A stretch of DNA of 64,000 nucleotides from Deferribacterales bacterium (GCA_050251945.1 JBFWLW010000002.1:313655-377654), one strand, 5' to 3'. Shown: positions 39,899-50,612, counted from the stretch's first letter. Numbers and translations: made by a program. The notes: generated from the sequence alone by a model not told the origin.

Positions 39899-42550
39899 CT
39901 ATGCCTGCTTAAAAGCTATTATGCGCTGGGGTGTTCTGTAGTCAGGCGGAAGCGGAGTTCCGTTCCATTTTTCGATGCCGCAGACAAGCGTGTTCCAAGG
40001 TTCCTGCCCTTCGCCGCAGAGAACTGTTCTGCTGAGAGTGTTCGGGTTCCCGCCGATATCTATCCCTGTTTTCTCATCAATGGATGGCCATGGACCCTCT
40101 GTTGTGAGAAGGACACCGGGCATTATCGTGGGAATCACCCTCACTCTGCGCATGATCTTTCCTGCCATGCTGGTGAGTACGGCTGTGTCTCCGTGTTTAA
40201 TCCCATATGCCTTTGCATCGATAGGGTTCATATAAATTACGTCGTTAAGAAGCTCTCTGAGGGAGGGCTCGTTTGCGTAATTGGAGTGAACGTGGTGCAA
40301 AGGATGTATGGAATATATCTGAAATGGATACTGTCCTTTCTTTTTTGCCTTCCAGTCGCTGAAAGTGGCTTCATAACCGTCCTGCGGCGGAACATAAGTC
40401 GGGATTGCGTTGCCTTTGGTCAGACCGAACTCGGCATATGCGGTGACACGTCTTTTGCAGTATATTTCAAACTTACCGGATTCTGTAGGAACCGGATTTT
40501 TGATAGGGTCTTTTGCAAAATCTGCATAACCGATATAGCAGTAAGCGTCGTCCCAGTGTCTTTTATAAGTGTAAACACCCTCTTTTTTGAACTCTTTATA
40601 GGGTACGATACCCTGCTGTGGTTTGTAGCCGGTATAACCAAGTTCGTCCAGATCCGCCTGAGTTATGGTGAGGAACGGCATCTCCTTTCCTTCTGGAGTG
40701 AGGTGTTTTGAATTTTTAAGCTGTCTGAAGACAAACTCTTTTTCCGGCACGGGATACACTGTTTTCGGGTTTATGCCCCAGCGTTTCAGAAGTTCCTGTT
40801 CAACCCATTTTTCGTCTCTTATCTCAAATGCTGGCTGTACTATCTGATCCATTGAGTTGATGGTCTCTTTTGCCGTCTTGGTTTTGGATGATTCGCCCAC
40901 AAGGACGTATCCGTCCCTTTCCCACGCAGTTGCCGCGGGAAGGACTATATCCGCGTACATCGCATCCGCATTAAGGAAAAAGTCGGCAGCAACGACAAAA
41001 TCCACCTTTCTGAGCGCTTCGATACCTTTGTTGATGTCTACGACCTGACCGATACGCGCACCGTCACCTATCTTAACAAGCATTCTGATGTCGATGGGGA
41101 GGATACCTTCTCTGAAGTGTTTGTGTCTGCCTTCAAGTATGGCTCTCCACTGCTCGCCCAGAGCTATGCCGTAATATTTTCCGGGTTCGTATTTTGCCTG
41201 ACCGAGTTCGTCGGCACGGGGAGGTGCGCAGACTTTGTTCTTCGGAAATTTGATGCCGCTTTTGCCTGCATCGACAATTTTAGGTCCGCCGAACATCCTG
41301 TTGCTGCCGTTCATCTCTATTGTAACCTCGGCTCCGGGCTTACCCACGTTTCCAGTCATCCACCCGACGACATAGAATGCATGAACAAAGTCGTCACCGT
41401 TATAGGTTCTTGCCGCCGCGGCGCTGGCTTTTATGGTGAGGGGTTTCGTCGTACCCATATATTTTGCCAGTTCTTTGATGGTCTTAACGGGGGTGCCGCA
41501 GATCTCGCTTGCCCACTCCGGAGTTTTCGGCATACCGTCGTAAGTGCCTAGCAGATAGTCTTTGAAGTTGTCTCTCGGGTCTGCACCTTTCGGCATGTGT
41601 TCCGCATCGAATCCGATTGTGCATTTGTTCAGAAATTCGTAGTCCACCCAGTTGTTTTTGATAAGCTCATAGCCTATTGCAAGCAGCAGCGCAACGTCTG
41701 TGCTGGGACGCACTGGAACCCATTCGTCTGCAAAGGGGAAGTTGCCGGGTGAGAACCAAGGGTCAACAAGTTTGATTTTTGCTCCGTTCTGTTTGGCAAG
41801 TTCATAGGTATAGGCGTGTACGTTGCCTGCCTTACTCCATGCAGGGTTTTGTCCCCACAACAGGATGTTTTTGGCATATTTCATGACAACGAGACGGTCG
41901 GAAGAATCGTTTGCTCCGTCACTCCAGTCGCCTTTGCAGACGTTCGCGACCAATGTGCAGGCTCCTGCGGACTGCTGTCCCCAGATGTTGTTGTGACCTC
42001 CGTACGCCAGAAGAGAGGGAACCTCTGTGGAAGATTTAAGATTGAGTATGGATCTGTTTCCATATGTCTCTTTGATGCGCGTGGTCTCTTTGGCTATGAT
42101 GTCCAGCGCCTCATCCCATGATATACGCACCCATTCGTCCCTGCCGCGCAGCTCTTTCCTGCCGCCGCCCGGCTCCCAATGCTTTCTTTTCATGGGGTAT
42201 TTAAGACGTTCCGGACTGTAGATAAGCCTTCTTGTGGTTCTGCCTTTCATACATCCGCGATACTGCGGATTTTCCATTGTGTCTTTAAATCTGTCGTCCG
42301 TTTTCTGACGGATAACGACTCCGTCTTTTACATATGCCCTGTTGATACAGCCGCCGCTGCATCCGACCCAGCAGGTCACGTTCTGCCAGTGTCCGCCCGA
42401 AAGACGTTCTGCAGGTTTGTCGCTGAAGGACCCGGCAGTCTCCGCCGCGACAGCTTCAACCGCATGCAGACCTGATGCGCATATCGCAGCAGATGCCATG
42501 CTCCATTTAAGAAAACAGCGTCTTGAAACTTGTGAACTGTTTTGCTTCAT
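39899..42550 (-). CDS. DMSO reductase family molybdoenzyme catalytic subunit (DmsA-like), substrate unknown
   Basis: Tat SRRCFLK; CWVGCSGGC...CMKG; RLKYPMKR; probable Ser ligand WGQQSAG; TESGKFEI. Confidence 0.88.
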   Translation of the reverse strand: MKQNSSQVSRRCFLKWSMASAAICASGLHAVEAVAAETAGSFSDKPAERLSGGHWQNVTCWVGCSGGCINRAYVKDGVVIRQKTDDRFKDTMENPQYRGCMKGRTTRRLIYSPERLKYPMKRKHWEPGGGRKELRGRDEWVRISWDEALDIIAKETTRIKETYGNRSILNLKSSTEVPSLLAYGGHNNIWGQQSAGACTLVANVCKGDWSDGANDSSDRLVVMKYAKNILLWGQNPAWSKAGNVHAYTYELAKQNGAKIKLVDPWFSPGNFPFADEWVPVRPSTDVALLLAIGYELIKNNWVDYEFLNKCTIGFDAEHMPKGADPRDNFKDYLLGTYDGMPKTPEWASEICGTPVKTIKELAKYMGTTKPLTIKASAAAARTYNGDDFVHAFYVVGWMTGNVGKPGAEVTIEMNGSNRMFGGPKIVDAGKSGIKFPKNKVCAPPRADELGQAKYEPGKYYGIALGEQWRAILEGRHKHFREGILPIDIRMLVKIGDGARIGQVVDINKGIEALRKVDFVVAADFFLNADAMYADIVLPAATAWERDGYVLVGESSKTKTAKETINSMDQIVQPAFEIRDEKWVEQELLKRWGINPKTVYPVPEKEFVFRQLKNSKHLTPEGKEMPFLTITQADLDELGYTGYKPQQGIVPYKEFKKEGVYTYKRHWDDAYCYIGYADFAKDPIKNPVPTESGKFEIYCKRRVTAYAEFGLTKGNAIPTYVPPQDGYEATFSDWKAKKKGQYPFQIYSIHPLHHVHSNYANEPSLRELLNDVIYMNPIDAKAYGIKHGDTAVLTSMAGKIMRRVRVIPTIMPGVLLTTEGPWPSIDEKTGIDIGGNPNTLSRTVLCGEGQEPWNTLVCGIEKWNGTPLPPDYRTPQRIIAFKQA

Positions 42551-42583
42551 ATTCTTTCCTCCGAAATAAATATGAAAACAAAA

Positions 42584-42599
42584 TGCAATAACGATGCCA
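42584..42599 (-). promoter_or_regulatory. Sigma54 (-24/-12) promoter of the dmsA-like operon
   Basis: TGGCAT-CGTTA-TTGCA on the minus strand, about 35 nt upstream of the ATG. Confidence 0.85.
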
Positions 42600-42690
42600 G
42601 AGATATAATTGTTGATTATTAAGACTTTAACTTATACAGGGAATAGCGGTTATGCTATGTGCAATTCAGAATGAATAGCCTATGCAAAAC

Positions 42691-44067
42691 TCATATGCCT
42701 TTTTTCAGTCTTCTGCTAAGTGTTGACTGCGAGAGACCTATCATTGCCGCCGCCTTTGTCTGGTTGTTATCACAGAGCCTCATCGCCTGATCTATGAGCT
42801 GGGTTATAACGTCGTCGACATTCGGCAAAGTGGACATATCCTCCATCGGCAGGTGAGTTCCATGGATGTTTTCGTCGCTTTTCTGAAAATACTTGCGCAC
42901 GTCGTCGGGGTTTATCACAGGTTTATCAGAGCGGGCAATCAGATCGTAGCACATTGCACGCATCTGCCTTGCGTTTCCGGGGAAACTGTATGACTGGAGC
43001 ATATCGACTGCGCTTTGAGATATCTCAGGAATGTCCTTTTTGAACTCCGCCGATGCCGACGTGATAAAATGGCTGAAGAGCAGAGGTATATCTTCCGGTC
43101 TCTCACGCAGAGGGGGGATATGGACATAGTGAGTGTTCAGTCTGTAATACAGGTCTCTTCTGAATTCACCGGATCTCCTCTTCTCTTCAAGGTTCTGGTT
43201 GGTGGCAAATATGAACCTTGCGGGAGACTTGTATACATGGTCGGAACCCAGCTGACTGTATTCGCCGTTTTGTGTGAGGTACAGCAGTTTGAGCTGCGAA
43301 TGGGTAGGCAGTTCGCCTATCTCGTCCAGAAACAGTGTGCCGTCCTTCGCCTGCTGAACAGCGCCCTGACGGTTGGTGTCCGCACTGGTGAACGCGCCTT
43401 TCCGGTGTCCGAAAAGTGTGTCTGAAAATATCTGGGTGTCCAGTCCGCCAACATTTATTGATACAAACGGCTTGCCGGGGCGGGATAAATCCGCAATCGC
43501 CTTCGCCAGAACACCTTTGCCCACACCGCTTTCTCCCGTTATCAGAAGAGGATACGGGCTTGTCGCTATGGCTGTAAGATATTTGAACGCCGTTGTCATG
43601 TGATTGTTTATGGTGATAAAATCTTTGAAAGCGGGAAAGTCGCTGGAGTGTGAAAACAGTCCGCTTTTGAGGGCAGTGTTCTCTTTTTCAAGCTGGGTTA
43701 TCTTGACCAGACGTCTGATATTGCCTATCAGCTCCTCCATCAGTGAGGTTTTTATGATATAATCCGCCGCGCCGAACTTTCCGCAGTCAAGGGCGGTGCG
43801 GATATCGTTCACTCCTGTCATGATAACCACAACCGTTTCCGGATATTCATTTTTTATACGCTGGAGGACATCCTTCCCTGAGGTATTGCCCAGAATGAGA
43901 TCGAGAAAGATAATATCAATGCTGTTGTTTTTAAGCAGATGGAATGCCAGCTCTTCATTTTGAGCGGTGTATATATTTTCGCCCGTTGTTACCATATACT
44001 GCAGAAGGGTTCTTCTGAAAGAGACCAGCCAGTCTCGCTCGTCGTCGATAAGAAGTATTGATATCAT
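42691..44067 (-). CDS. Sigma54-dependent response regulator (NtrC family)
   Basis: Receiver; GESGVGK, GAFTSA, FLDEIGE, DLYYRL, FPGNARQ; Fis-type HTH. Confidence 0.94.
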   Translation of the reverse strand: MISILLIDDERDWLVSFRRTLLQYMVTTGENIYTAQNEELAFHLLKNNSIDIIFLDLILGNTSGKDVLQRIKNEYPETVVVIMTGVNDIRTALDCGKFGAADYIIKTSLMEELIGNIRRLVKITQLEKENTALKSGLFSHSSDFPAFKDFITINNHMTTAFKYLTAIATSPYPLLITGESGVGKGVLAKAIADLSRPGKPFVSINVGGLDTQIFSDTLFGHRKGAFTSADTNRQGAVQQAKDGTLFLDEIGELPTHSQLKLLYLTQNGEYSQLGSDHVYKSPARFIFATNQNLEEKRRSGEFRRDLYYRLNTHYVHIPPLRERPEDIPLLFSHFITSASAEFKKDIPEISQSAVDMLQSYSFPGNARQMRAMCYDLIARSDKPVINPDDVRKYFQKSDENIHGTHLPMEDMSTLPNVDDVITQLIDQAMRLCDNNQTKAAAMIGLSQSTLSRRLKKGI

Positions 44068-45974
44068 TCAGCGACTCCCGGAAAGAACACTGAAACAGCA
44101 GTGCCTTTTCCTTCTTCACTTTCTATTTTGTAAAATCCGTTATGTTCTTTTACAATACTTGCCACTATGGAAAGCCCCAGTCCGGTTCCGTTTTCTCTGG
44201 TGGTATAAAACGGGTTGCACGCCATGCTCAGAACCTCTTTGCTCATGCCGCAGCCTTCATCCTCCACAGACACCATCACATACTTGCCGTCACCGGAGGT
44301 TTGCAGTGTGCAGATTATTTTCTGACTGCTGTTTGTCAAAGCGTAACAGGAGTTCTGTATAAGATTTATGATAATCTGCTCAATATGCTGTTTCTGTCCG
44401 TATACCGGCATGATCGGTTCCTTTATTATACACTCAAAGCCGGACGTGAAACTTTTTACGAAAAACCCTATGAACTTAACGGATTTTTCAACACATTCTT
44501 TCATATCCACCTGTTTGTATATGTTGTCACGTTTTTTCCCGAACTCTTTCAGCTCGTCAACGGTATTTTTGATTCTCAGAACATTTTCCCATATTATCAG
44601 CCATGCGGAATCGGTTTCGTTCTTCGCTTCGTTCCAAGACATCCCGAGGAACTGTTCGCCTTCGTTGCGGTCGCCTATGAAATGAGCCATATCCGCATAC
44701 ATGCCTTTCAGGAAGCTGATGTTGTGCATGATAAGACCGACCGGATTATTTATCTCGTGTGCAACGTTAGCCGACATGTAGCCCAGAGCCGCCATCCTGT
44801 CCGTCATGAGCGCTTCCTCGCGGCTTCTTGTCGCCTCGGTTATGTCTGATGCCACCAGAAGAAGAGGGTCTTCCCCTTTTTCCAGTATTATACCGGAAAT
44901 TGCCCATGTCTGCGCATTGTTCAGGAGCAGTTTGCTTTTGAACGATCTCTTTTCAGCGATGGTTTCCTTTATCTCCGCCGCTATCAGGTCTATGGAAAAC
45001 GCGCCGCCTTTGGATGCCGCGTTAGACCATTTTGGCGAACCGTTGTCACTTATCAGATATATTTGTTCCGGCAGTACGTCCAGAAGCATTTGCAGAATGC
45101 TTGTAAGGTTGTTCAGAGAAGCAGTTTTTCTGCGCACCTGATAATGGAGGGATTTATTCCAAAGCAGAATAAGCGTTGTTACGAATGCACCCAGTATGAG
45201 GGCAATAATAAAGTATTTTATGTAAAAAGGTTTTCTCTCAGGGCTTGTCCACTTGTGCATTATGTCGAAATAGTCGCCGTTGCTCTTTATTTCGTTCATT
45301 GCGCTGTTCAGTCTTTCATAAAGCTCGCTGTTATCCTTTCTGACGGCGAAGCCGTATATGGCGGGCATTATAGGCAGACCGTTTATCTTAAGATTGTCGT
45401 TCTTCTGCAGGTTCATGATAGACGGCAGGCTGGCAATGAAAAAATCGCCCTTGCCGTTATCCAGATTTTCAACCAGTTCCGCGTGTGTGTTCAGTCTGAC
45501 AATCTTTATACCCAGCTTCTTCTGTTCACCAGTAAGGTAGTTGTCGCTGTAGCTGTCTTTGATAACCAGTACAGTTTTACCCCTCCATGCCGTTACGTCC
45601 GGAATATACGGATCTTTCTGCCTGTTTACCACACATCTGTAAATGACGATGGATTGGGGTATGTGTGTTACGAATTTACCGGTTATTTCATCCGGAGAGA
45701 TACTCAGCATGGAAATTTCGCCTGTCTGAAGTTTTTTCAGCATAACTTCCCGGGACGCCGTTACGATCTCATAACTGCATCCCGCCTGTTTGGCGATCGC
45801 CTTCAGAAGGTCGATGTTCATCCCGTGCGGACCCTTATCGTCTATCCATTCGTAAGGTTTATACGGTTCAAGTCTCAGACCGTAGACAATATTACAGCTC
45901 TTTTCGCTGGCAAAAAGCTGTGTGGGAAACAGCAGAAAAATTAATATAAAAAGGCGCAAATTACATGTTCTCAT
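44064..45974 (-). CDS. Sensor histidine kinase with periplasmic amino-acid-binding (family 3 SBP-like) domain
   Basis: PYKPYEW..G.NIDL; TM; AHEINNP, NLIQNS, DEGCGM, GTGLGL. Confidence 0.92.
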   Translation of the reverse strand: MRTCNLRLFILIFLLFPTQLFASEKSCNIVYGLRLEPYKPYEWIDDKGPHGMNIDLLKAIAKQAGCSYEIVTASREVMLKKLQTGEISMLSISPDEITGKFVTHIPQSIVIYRCVVNRQKDPYIPDVTAWRGKTVLVIKDSYSDNYLTGEQKKLGIKIVRLNTHAELVENLDNGKGDFFIASLPSIMNLQKNDNLKINGLPIMPAIYGFAVRKDNSELYERLNSAMNEIKSNGDYFDIMHKWTSPERKPFYIKYFIIALILGAFVTTLILLWNKSLHYQVRRKTASLNNLTSILQMLLDVLPEQIYLISDNGSPKWSNAASKGGAFSIDLIAAEIKETIAEKRSFKSKLLLNNAQTWAISGIILEKGEDPLLLVASDITEATRSREEALMTDRMAALGYMSANVAHEINNPVGLIMHNISFLKGMYADMAHFIGDRNEGEQFLGMSWNEAKNETDSAWLIIWENVLRIKNTVDELKEFGKKRDNIYKQVDMKECVEKSVKFIGFFVKSFTSGFECIIKEPIMPVYGQKQHIEQIIINLIQNSCYALTNSSQKIICTLQTSGDGKYVMVSVEDEGCGMSKEVLSMACNPFYTTRENGTGLGLSIVASIVKEHNGFYKIESEEGKGTAVSVFFPGVAE

Positions 45975-46331
45975 GTTTAATATTATAGTATATCTCACTG
46001 ATTTTACTACATAAAACACAAACTATGCAAATTTCATAATTATGCATTTTGCACTGCATTTTGCATCAAAACAGACCTCTCTGAAAACGTAAATCATTGT
46101 TAATCCTTATAACGCATCATTGAGTTATGTCCGGTTAATAAAACAGGCGTGTATCCTCTCTGAAAGTTTCTGATTTTGATATCCGTCATTATAATCACGT
46201 ATTTAATTATTATTAATAACACCTAAAAGCAGAATATGCAGTTTGCATCATTGATGCAAATTGCATTGCAGAACGCATAAAAACAATCGCCCTTAACCAA
46301 TAAATAACTAATAAATAACACTTTTATAATC

Positions 46332-46347
46332 TGGCAGCCGATTTGCA
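46332..46347 (+). promoter_or_regulatory. Sigma54 promoter of the cytochrome-flavoprotein operon
   Basis: TGGCAG-CCGAT-TTGCA. Confidence 0.8.
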
Positions 46348-46381
46348 TTATAACTGAGAAATATCTGTAAAAGGAGCCAAT

Positions 46382-46945
46382 ATGCTGGATTTTAAAAAAT
46401 GTATCCTACCTCTTGTTTTAATGTTTATCCTGACGGTATGCGGTGCTGCTATATCAAAGAGCAGCATTCCTACTCAATGGAGCATGAATACGGATTGCAC
46501 TCTGTGCCACACCAATGAGGCGAATACTCTTAACAATGAAAACTGCCTGCTTTACTCCCACCGTGAAGAAAAATGTATAACCTGCCATTCACAGGAAGAT
46601 AAGCTAGCTGTCGCACACAAAAAAATGTCCGCTGATACCTCAAAGCTGAAACGGCTTAAAAGAACCAAAATGAGCGAGGAGAACTGTATTGCCTGTCATG
46701 GCGGCTGGGAAGAGCTGAGCAAGCAGACAAAAGATTCGGTTATGGTTAAAGACTCTGAGGGAACTGTTGTCAATCCGCATGCCGTAAGAGCGGAGATCAA
46801 CAAGAAAAAACAGCACAACCTGGTGACATGCACCTCCTGCCATCTGATGCATAAAACAAAAAACACTCTTGAGGAAGCTGCAAAAGAAGAATGCAGCAGC
46901 TGTCACCACGCTGACGTTTTCAAATGTGGAACATGCCACTCTTAA
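46382..46945 (+). CDS. Periplasmic hexaheme cytochrome c
   Basis: CTLCH, CITCH, CIACH, CTSCH, CSSCH, CGTCH; VNPH motif; signal peptide. Confidence 0.9.
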   Translation: MLDFKKCILPLVLMFILTVCGAAISKSSIPTQWSMNTDCTLCHTNEANTLNNENCLLYSHREEKCITCHSQEDKLAVAHKKMSADTSKLKRLKRTKMSEENCIACHGGWEELSKQTKDSVMVKDSEGTVVNPHAVRAEINKKKQHNLVTCTSCHLMHKTKNTLEEAAKEECSSCHHADVFKCGTCHS

Positions 46946-47009
46946 ACAAAGTCAGCAGAAGGACAGACCTGCGAAAGTTTTTATTACCGCAATTACAAAG
47001 GAGATAAAC

Positions 47010-48713
47010 ATGTCTGAAAAAAAAGATGATATTGGAAGTAAAATGTTAACCAAAAGAGATTTTATGAAGGCGTCCAGTTTGGCAATCGGCGGCGCGATAC
47101 TGGCTGCAACAACACCTTCAACATCGCTTGCAGCATCAAAATCAAAATCTGCGATAAAGTGGGATTACGAGGCGGACGTTATTGTAATAGGCACCGGTCC
47201 TGCCGGATTGAGCTGTGCTACTGCTGCTGCTGAAAACGGTGCATCTGTCATCGCTATCGACGCAAACGACAAGATAGGCGGTAAAGGTATTCTTTCGGGC
47301 GGCAACTTAGGCATAGGCGGCGGAACACGTATGCAAAAGGATCTTGGATACGTTGAAACAGCAGATATTATCTATGAAGATCGTACTGTCCCGAATCTGC
47401 GTACGGATGCGACCATGACAGTTAAAACCATTGACGACAGGAAAGTAAAAATGGGCATGTGGCGTAAGATTTCCGGTGCGGAAGACGGCGAGGGCATGTC
47501 GCGTGCTTTTGCAGATAACAGTCTGGACACATGGAACTGGCTGGATGAGATGGGCTGTACGTTTATCAAAGCCCAAGTCAGTAAAATGTCTCAGGTTTAC
47601 CGTGGCACTCGTTACTACACACTCACTGCCAGGCATTATGTGGATCGTGATAATGCAAAACCCGGTGATTTGAAATCAGGAGGAGCAGGTATTATATGGC
47701 CTCTTTACGATAGAGCGGTGGATAACGATGTTAAGTTCATGCTTAACTGCAAAATGACCAAAATCATCCGTGAGAACGATAACGGGCGTGTTGTGGGTAT
47801 AGAAGCGACCTACAATGGCAAAACAATACATATGAAAGGTAAGAAAGCCGTGTTTCTCGGCACCGGCAGCTGGAACGGCAACAATAACCTCAAGGCACTC
47901 TTTTTGCCATGGCTTACAAAGTATCCGCACATCTCCGGCGAACCCTATGTAAAGAATGACGGAAAAGGTATTGAGGCTGCAATTGCAATCGGCGCATCGC
48001 TGTCTACTGACCGCGGATGTGACTGGCACGGCTGGCACCGTCACCCCGGATCACGCTGGCACCGCTCGGGGGCACCTTTCGGAATCCGCGGCTTTGAAGA
48101 CGGCTTTCTCGACAGCGAAAACATCTATGTCAATGCGGAAGGAAATCGCTTTATGAATGAAGAGATTGGTGAAGACAACCCTGCATGGGTCGGAGGGTCG
48201 AAACCATTCTATTTCGCGCAGATATGTGCCTCACAAACCACAGATCAGGACGGTCCCGTTGTGTGGATTATTCTGGATGAAACATCACGCGTTAAACAAA
48301 AACTTGAGTTTAAACCCGGTGAAAATGTTGAAACCTTCATGTACGGCAAAGGTAATACTCTTAATGAGCTGGCATCTGCCATTAAGGTTCCCGGCGCTAA
48401 TCTGGAGGCTTCTGTTAACCGTTACAACGAGCTGGTTACAAAAGGCAAAGACGAGGATTTCGGTAAATCGGAAATGACGGCGCAAATCCTTACACCTCCT
48501 TTCCATGCCGTTAAATGGGGTATCCAAAAGCACAATACCCTCGGCGGGGTAACAATCAACCCTAAATCGCAGGTTCTTGACTGGAAGCGTGAGCCAATCC
48601 AAGGTCTGTATGCTGCCGGAGAATGTGCGGGAGCCATGGATCTTATCGGTCTGGCAAGACCTCTCGTTTTCGGTCGTATTGCCGGCATGACAATCGCAAA
48701 AAAAGAAAAATAA
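47010..48713 (+). CDS. FAD-dependent reductase (flavocytochrome c flavoprotein family) with variant Tat signal
   Basis: TKRDFMK; WDYEADVIVIGTGPAG; YVNAEGNRFMNE; HNTLGG; GLYAAGE; GGAG RBS before ATG 47010. Confidence 0.88.
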   Translation: MSEKKDDIGSKMLTKRDFMKASSLAIGGAILAATTPSTSLAASKSKSAIKWDYEADVIVIGTGPAGLSCATAAAENGASVIAIDANDKIGGKGILSGGNLGIGGGTRMQKDLGYVETADIIYEDRTVPNLRTDATMTVKTIDDRKVKMGMWRKISGAEDGEGMSRAFADNSLDTWNWLDEMGCTFIKAQVSKMSQVYRGTRYYTLTARHYVDRDNAKPGDLKSGGAGIIWPLYDRAVDNDVKFMLNCKMTKIIRENDNGRVVGIEATYNGKTIHMKGKKAVFLGTGSWNGNNNLKALFLPWLTKYPHISGEPYVKNDGKGIEAAIAIGASLSTDRGCDWHGWHRHPGSRWHRSGAPFGIRGFEDGFLDSENIYVNAEGNRFMNEEIGEDNPAWVGGSKPFYFAQICASQTTDQDGPVVWIILDETSRVKQKLEFKPGENVETFMYGKGNTLNELASAIKVPGANLEASVNRYNELVTKGKDEDFGKSEMTAQILTPPFHAVKWGIQKHNTLGGVTINPKSQVLDWKREPIQGLYAAGECAGAMDLIGLARPLVFGRIAGMTIAKKEK

Positions 48714-48971
48714 ACATATCACGGCAGACTTTATAAAGCCGGCAGAAACGCAGCGGCTGAAAAACGCCGGGGTTACGGTCAAAATCTTGTGCGCCTCCTG
48801 TTTTTTCTGGGGGCGCATTCTGCGAATAGTGTTACTAATTTGACGCTGTAACGACTTAATATTAATTCAGCTCCAGCCTCCTAAATCATATCCGTCAGTT
48901 ATATGGCGGGCATCTCCATTTTCCTGCCTGCCTGTCAAAGGCAGGCAGTTCTATTTTCAGGTGATTGTTTC

Positions 48972-49196
48972 AGAGCATTTAACGAAAATAATGATGTATA
49001 TTGGAAGACGGGACTGCTTCGTCACTTTATTCAACAATTAGCCTGAAAGTTGATTCATTCAGCCTTTGGCTGGTATCCCTCGCTGAGACATGATTTTTAT
49101 TCCGTCTTCGCGAAGGCTTTATGCCCGAAACGATCTCATCTTAATTGGTTTTGTCATCTCCCCCTGAAATACGTCATTATTTTCGTTAAATGCTTT
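48972..49196. mobile_element. MITE-like element with 28-bp terminal inverted repeats carrying REP copy 7 (49010-49137)
   Basis: AGAGCATTTAACGAAAATAATGATGTAT vs ATACGTCATTATTTTCGTTAAATGCTTT (2 mismatches). Confidence 0.7.
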
Positions 49197-49277
49197 AGTA
49201 TGAAATGATGTGAATTAAACGCAGAGTCCGCATATTGGAGCATATGCGGAACCCTGCGTACCTACCGGAGAAAGCTC

Positions 49278-50519
49278 TTATTTTCTGCCTTCGCCGAATT
49301 TAACAGCGTAGGTCATAAGAAAACGGGTGTCTGTTGCGTCGGAACTATTGAATGTGCCGTCAGTATCAGAAACACCGTATGAGGCCCTAAGAGCAAGACC
49401 TTTGAGATATTTCGGTTTATAGTTAATTTCATAGTCTGTTTCACTGGCATCATATGATGCGTTTGCGCCAGAATCGGGAGACTCGTATTTTGCATAGGAT
49501 ATTGAAAAATCGAGACCATCAGCGCCAAGCCCCGAAAAGTCATAACCGGCAATAGCGGCATATGATTTAACTCCGGCGGTGTCTGCACCGAGGATATTCT
49601 GGTTAATTATAAGCGAGTGACCCCATGGTGTCTGGATATCGTCGTCACCAACCCTTGCGTATGCCACCTGAACGCTGAAACCATATGCCTCGGCTGTTGC
49701 TGTCGCTCCGTAAAGATCGGTATCAAAATCGCCGCCTGTTTTATCGCCTATCGCTTTCTGCTGAAGATACGAAGGCAGGAAGCTGAAAGTGAAATCATTG
49801 ACCTTTGTTGAAAACTCTGTGTCCAGATATGTCATGGACAGACCATCTCTGATGGTGTAATACCACGCCTGAGGTTTTACGGATGCGTTTTCGCTGAGAG
49901 AAAGATTGTATTTAAGACCACCTATCAAAAGCGGGTTATCTTCCATGCCTGTTGCGTATGACTTGGCAATGTTGTCAAACGTTGTGTCACCATGGTCTAT
50001 GAAATCAGTTATGTAATATGCAGACATTGTAAGGTTGGGAACGATATCTGAAACCACTGATGCTCCTTTGTAGCTTCTCGGGGCAACGCGTGAATCGTGC
50101 TTGTTTGCATAGGGCGTGTTTATTTCGTGGGCACCGACTTTGAATACTGTGTCAAACCAGTTTCCTTGAAGGTATGCCTCGCCCATTTTGGTGAAACCTT
50201 TGTGCTTTTCACTGTCGTTATTGGTGAGAAGATCATACCCGCCTTTATCGTCGTCGCTGTAAAAATCGCCTGCATTATACATGCTGACGCCGAACGATAC
50301 GCCATGCAGATCCGCTGATTTGAAACGCAGCAGACCGCCGATTGCCGATTCATTGCGATCTTTTGCCGGAGTGGTGTCGTAATCTCTGTCAAAAGAACGC
50401 ACCCTCAACTCGAAAGAACCCGTACTCTGCGATATCATATCGCGGATGCTGTCTGCCGCATATGCCGAAACAGACATTATGCTAAACATAGCGGACAGTA
50501 GAAAATAACGCATTTTCAT
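49278..50519 (-). CDS. OprD-family outer membrane porin
   Basis: Signal peptide; GEAYLQ, INTPYANKHDSRVAPRSY, beta-strand pattern. Confidence 0.85.
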   Translation of the reverse strand: MKMRYFLLSAMFSIMSVSAYAADSIRDMISQSTGSFELRVRSFDRDYDTTPAKDRNESAIGGLLRFKSADLHGVSFGVSMYNAGDFYSDDDKGGYDLLTNNDSEKHKGFTKMGEAYLQGNWFDTVFKVGAHEINTPYANKHDSRVAPRSYKGASVVSDIVPNLTMSAYYITDFIDHGDTTFDNIAKSYATGMEDNPLLIGGLKYNLSLSENASVKPQAWYYTIRDGLSMTYLDTEFSTKVNDFTFSFLPSYLQQKAIGDKTGGDFDTDLYGATATAEAYGFSVQVAYARVGDDDIQTPWGHSLIINQNILGADTAGVKSYAAIAGYDFSGLGADGLDFSISYAKYESPDSGANASYDASETDYEINYKPKYLKGLALRASYGVSDTDGTFNSSDATDTRFLMTYAVKFGEGRK

Positions 50520-50596
50520 ATTACCTCCAAAAGTTTCCGGTCTGCTTTGCAACCGGTTTTTGAAAAAGCGCAAAACTTTGGAACAGCGGCATGAAA

Positions 50597-50612
50597 AGCA
50601 ATATTCGAGCCA
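50597..50612 (-). promoter_or_regulatory. Sigma54 promoter of the OprD porin gene
   Basis: TGGCTC-GAATA-TTGCT on the minus strand. Confidence 0.7.
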
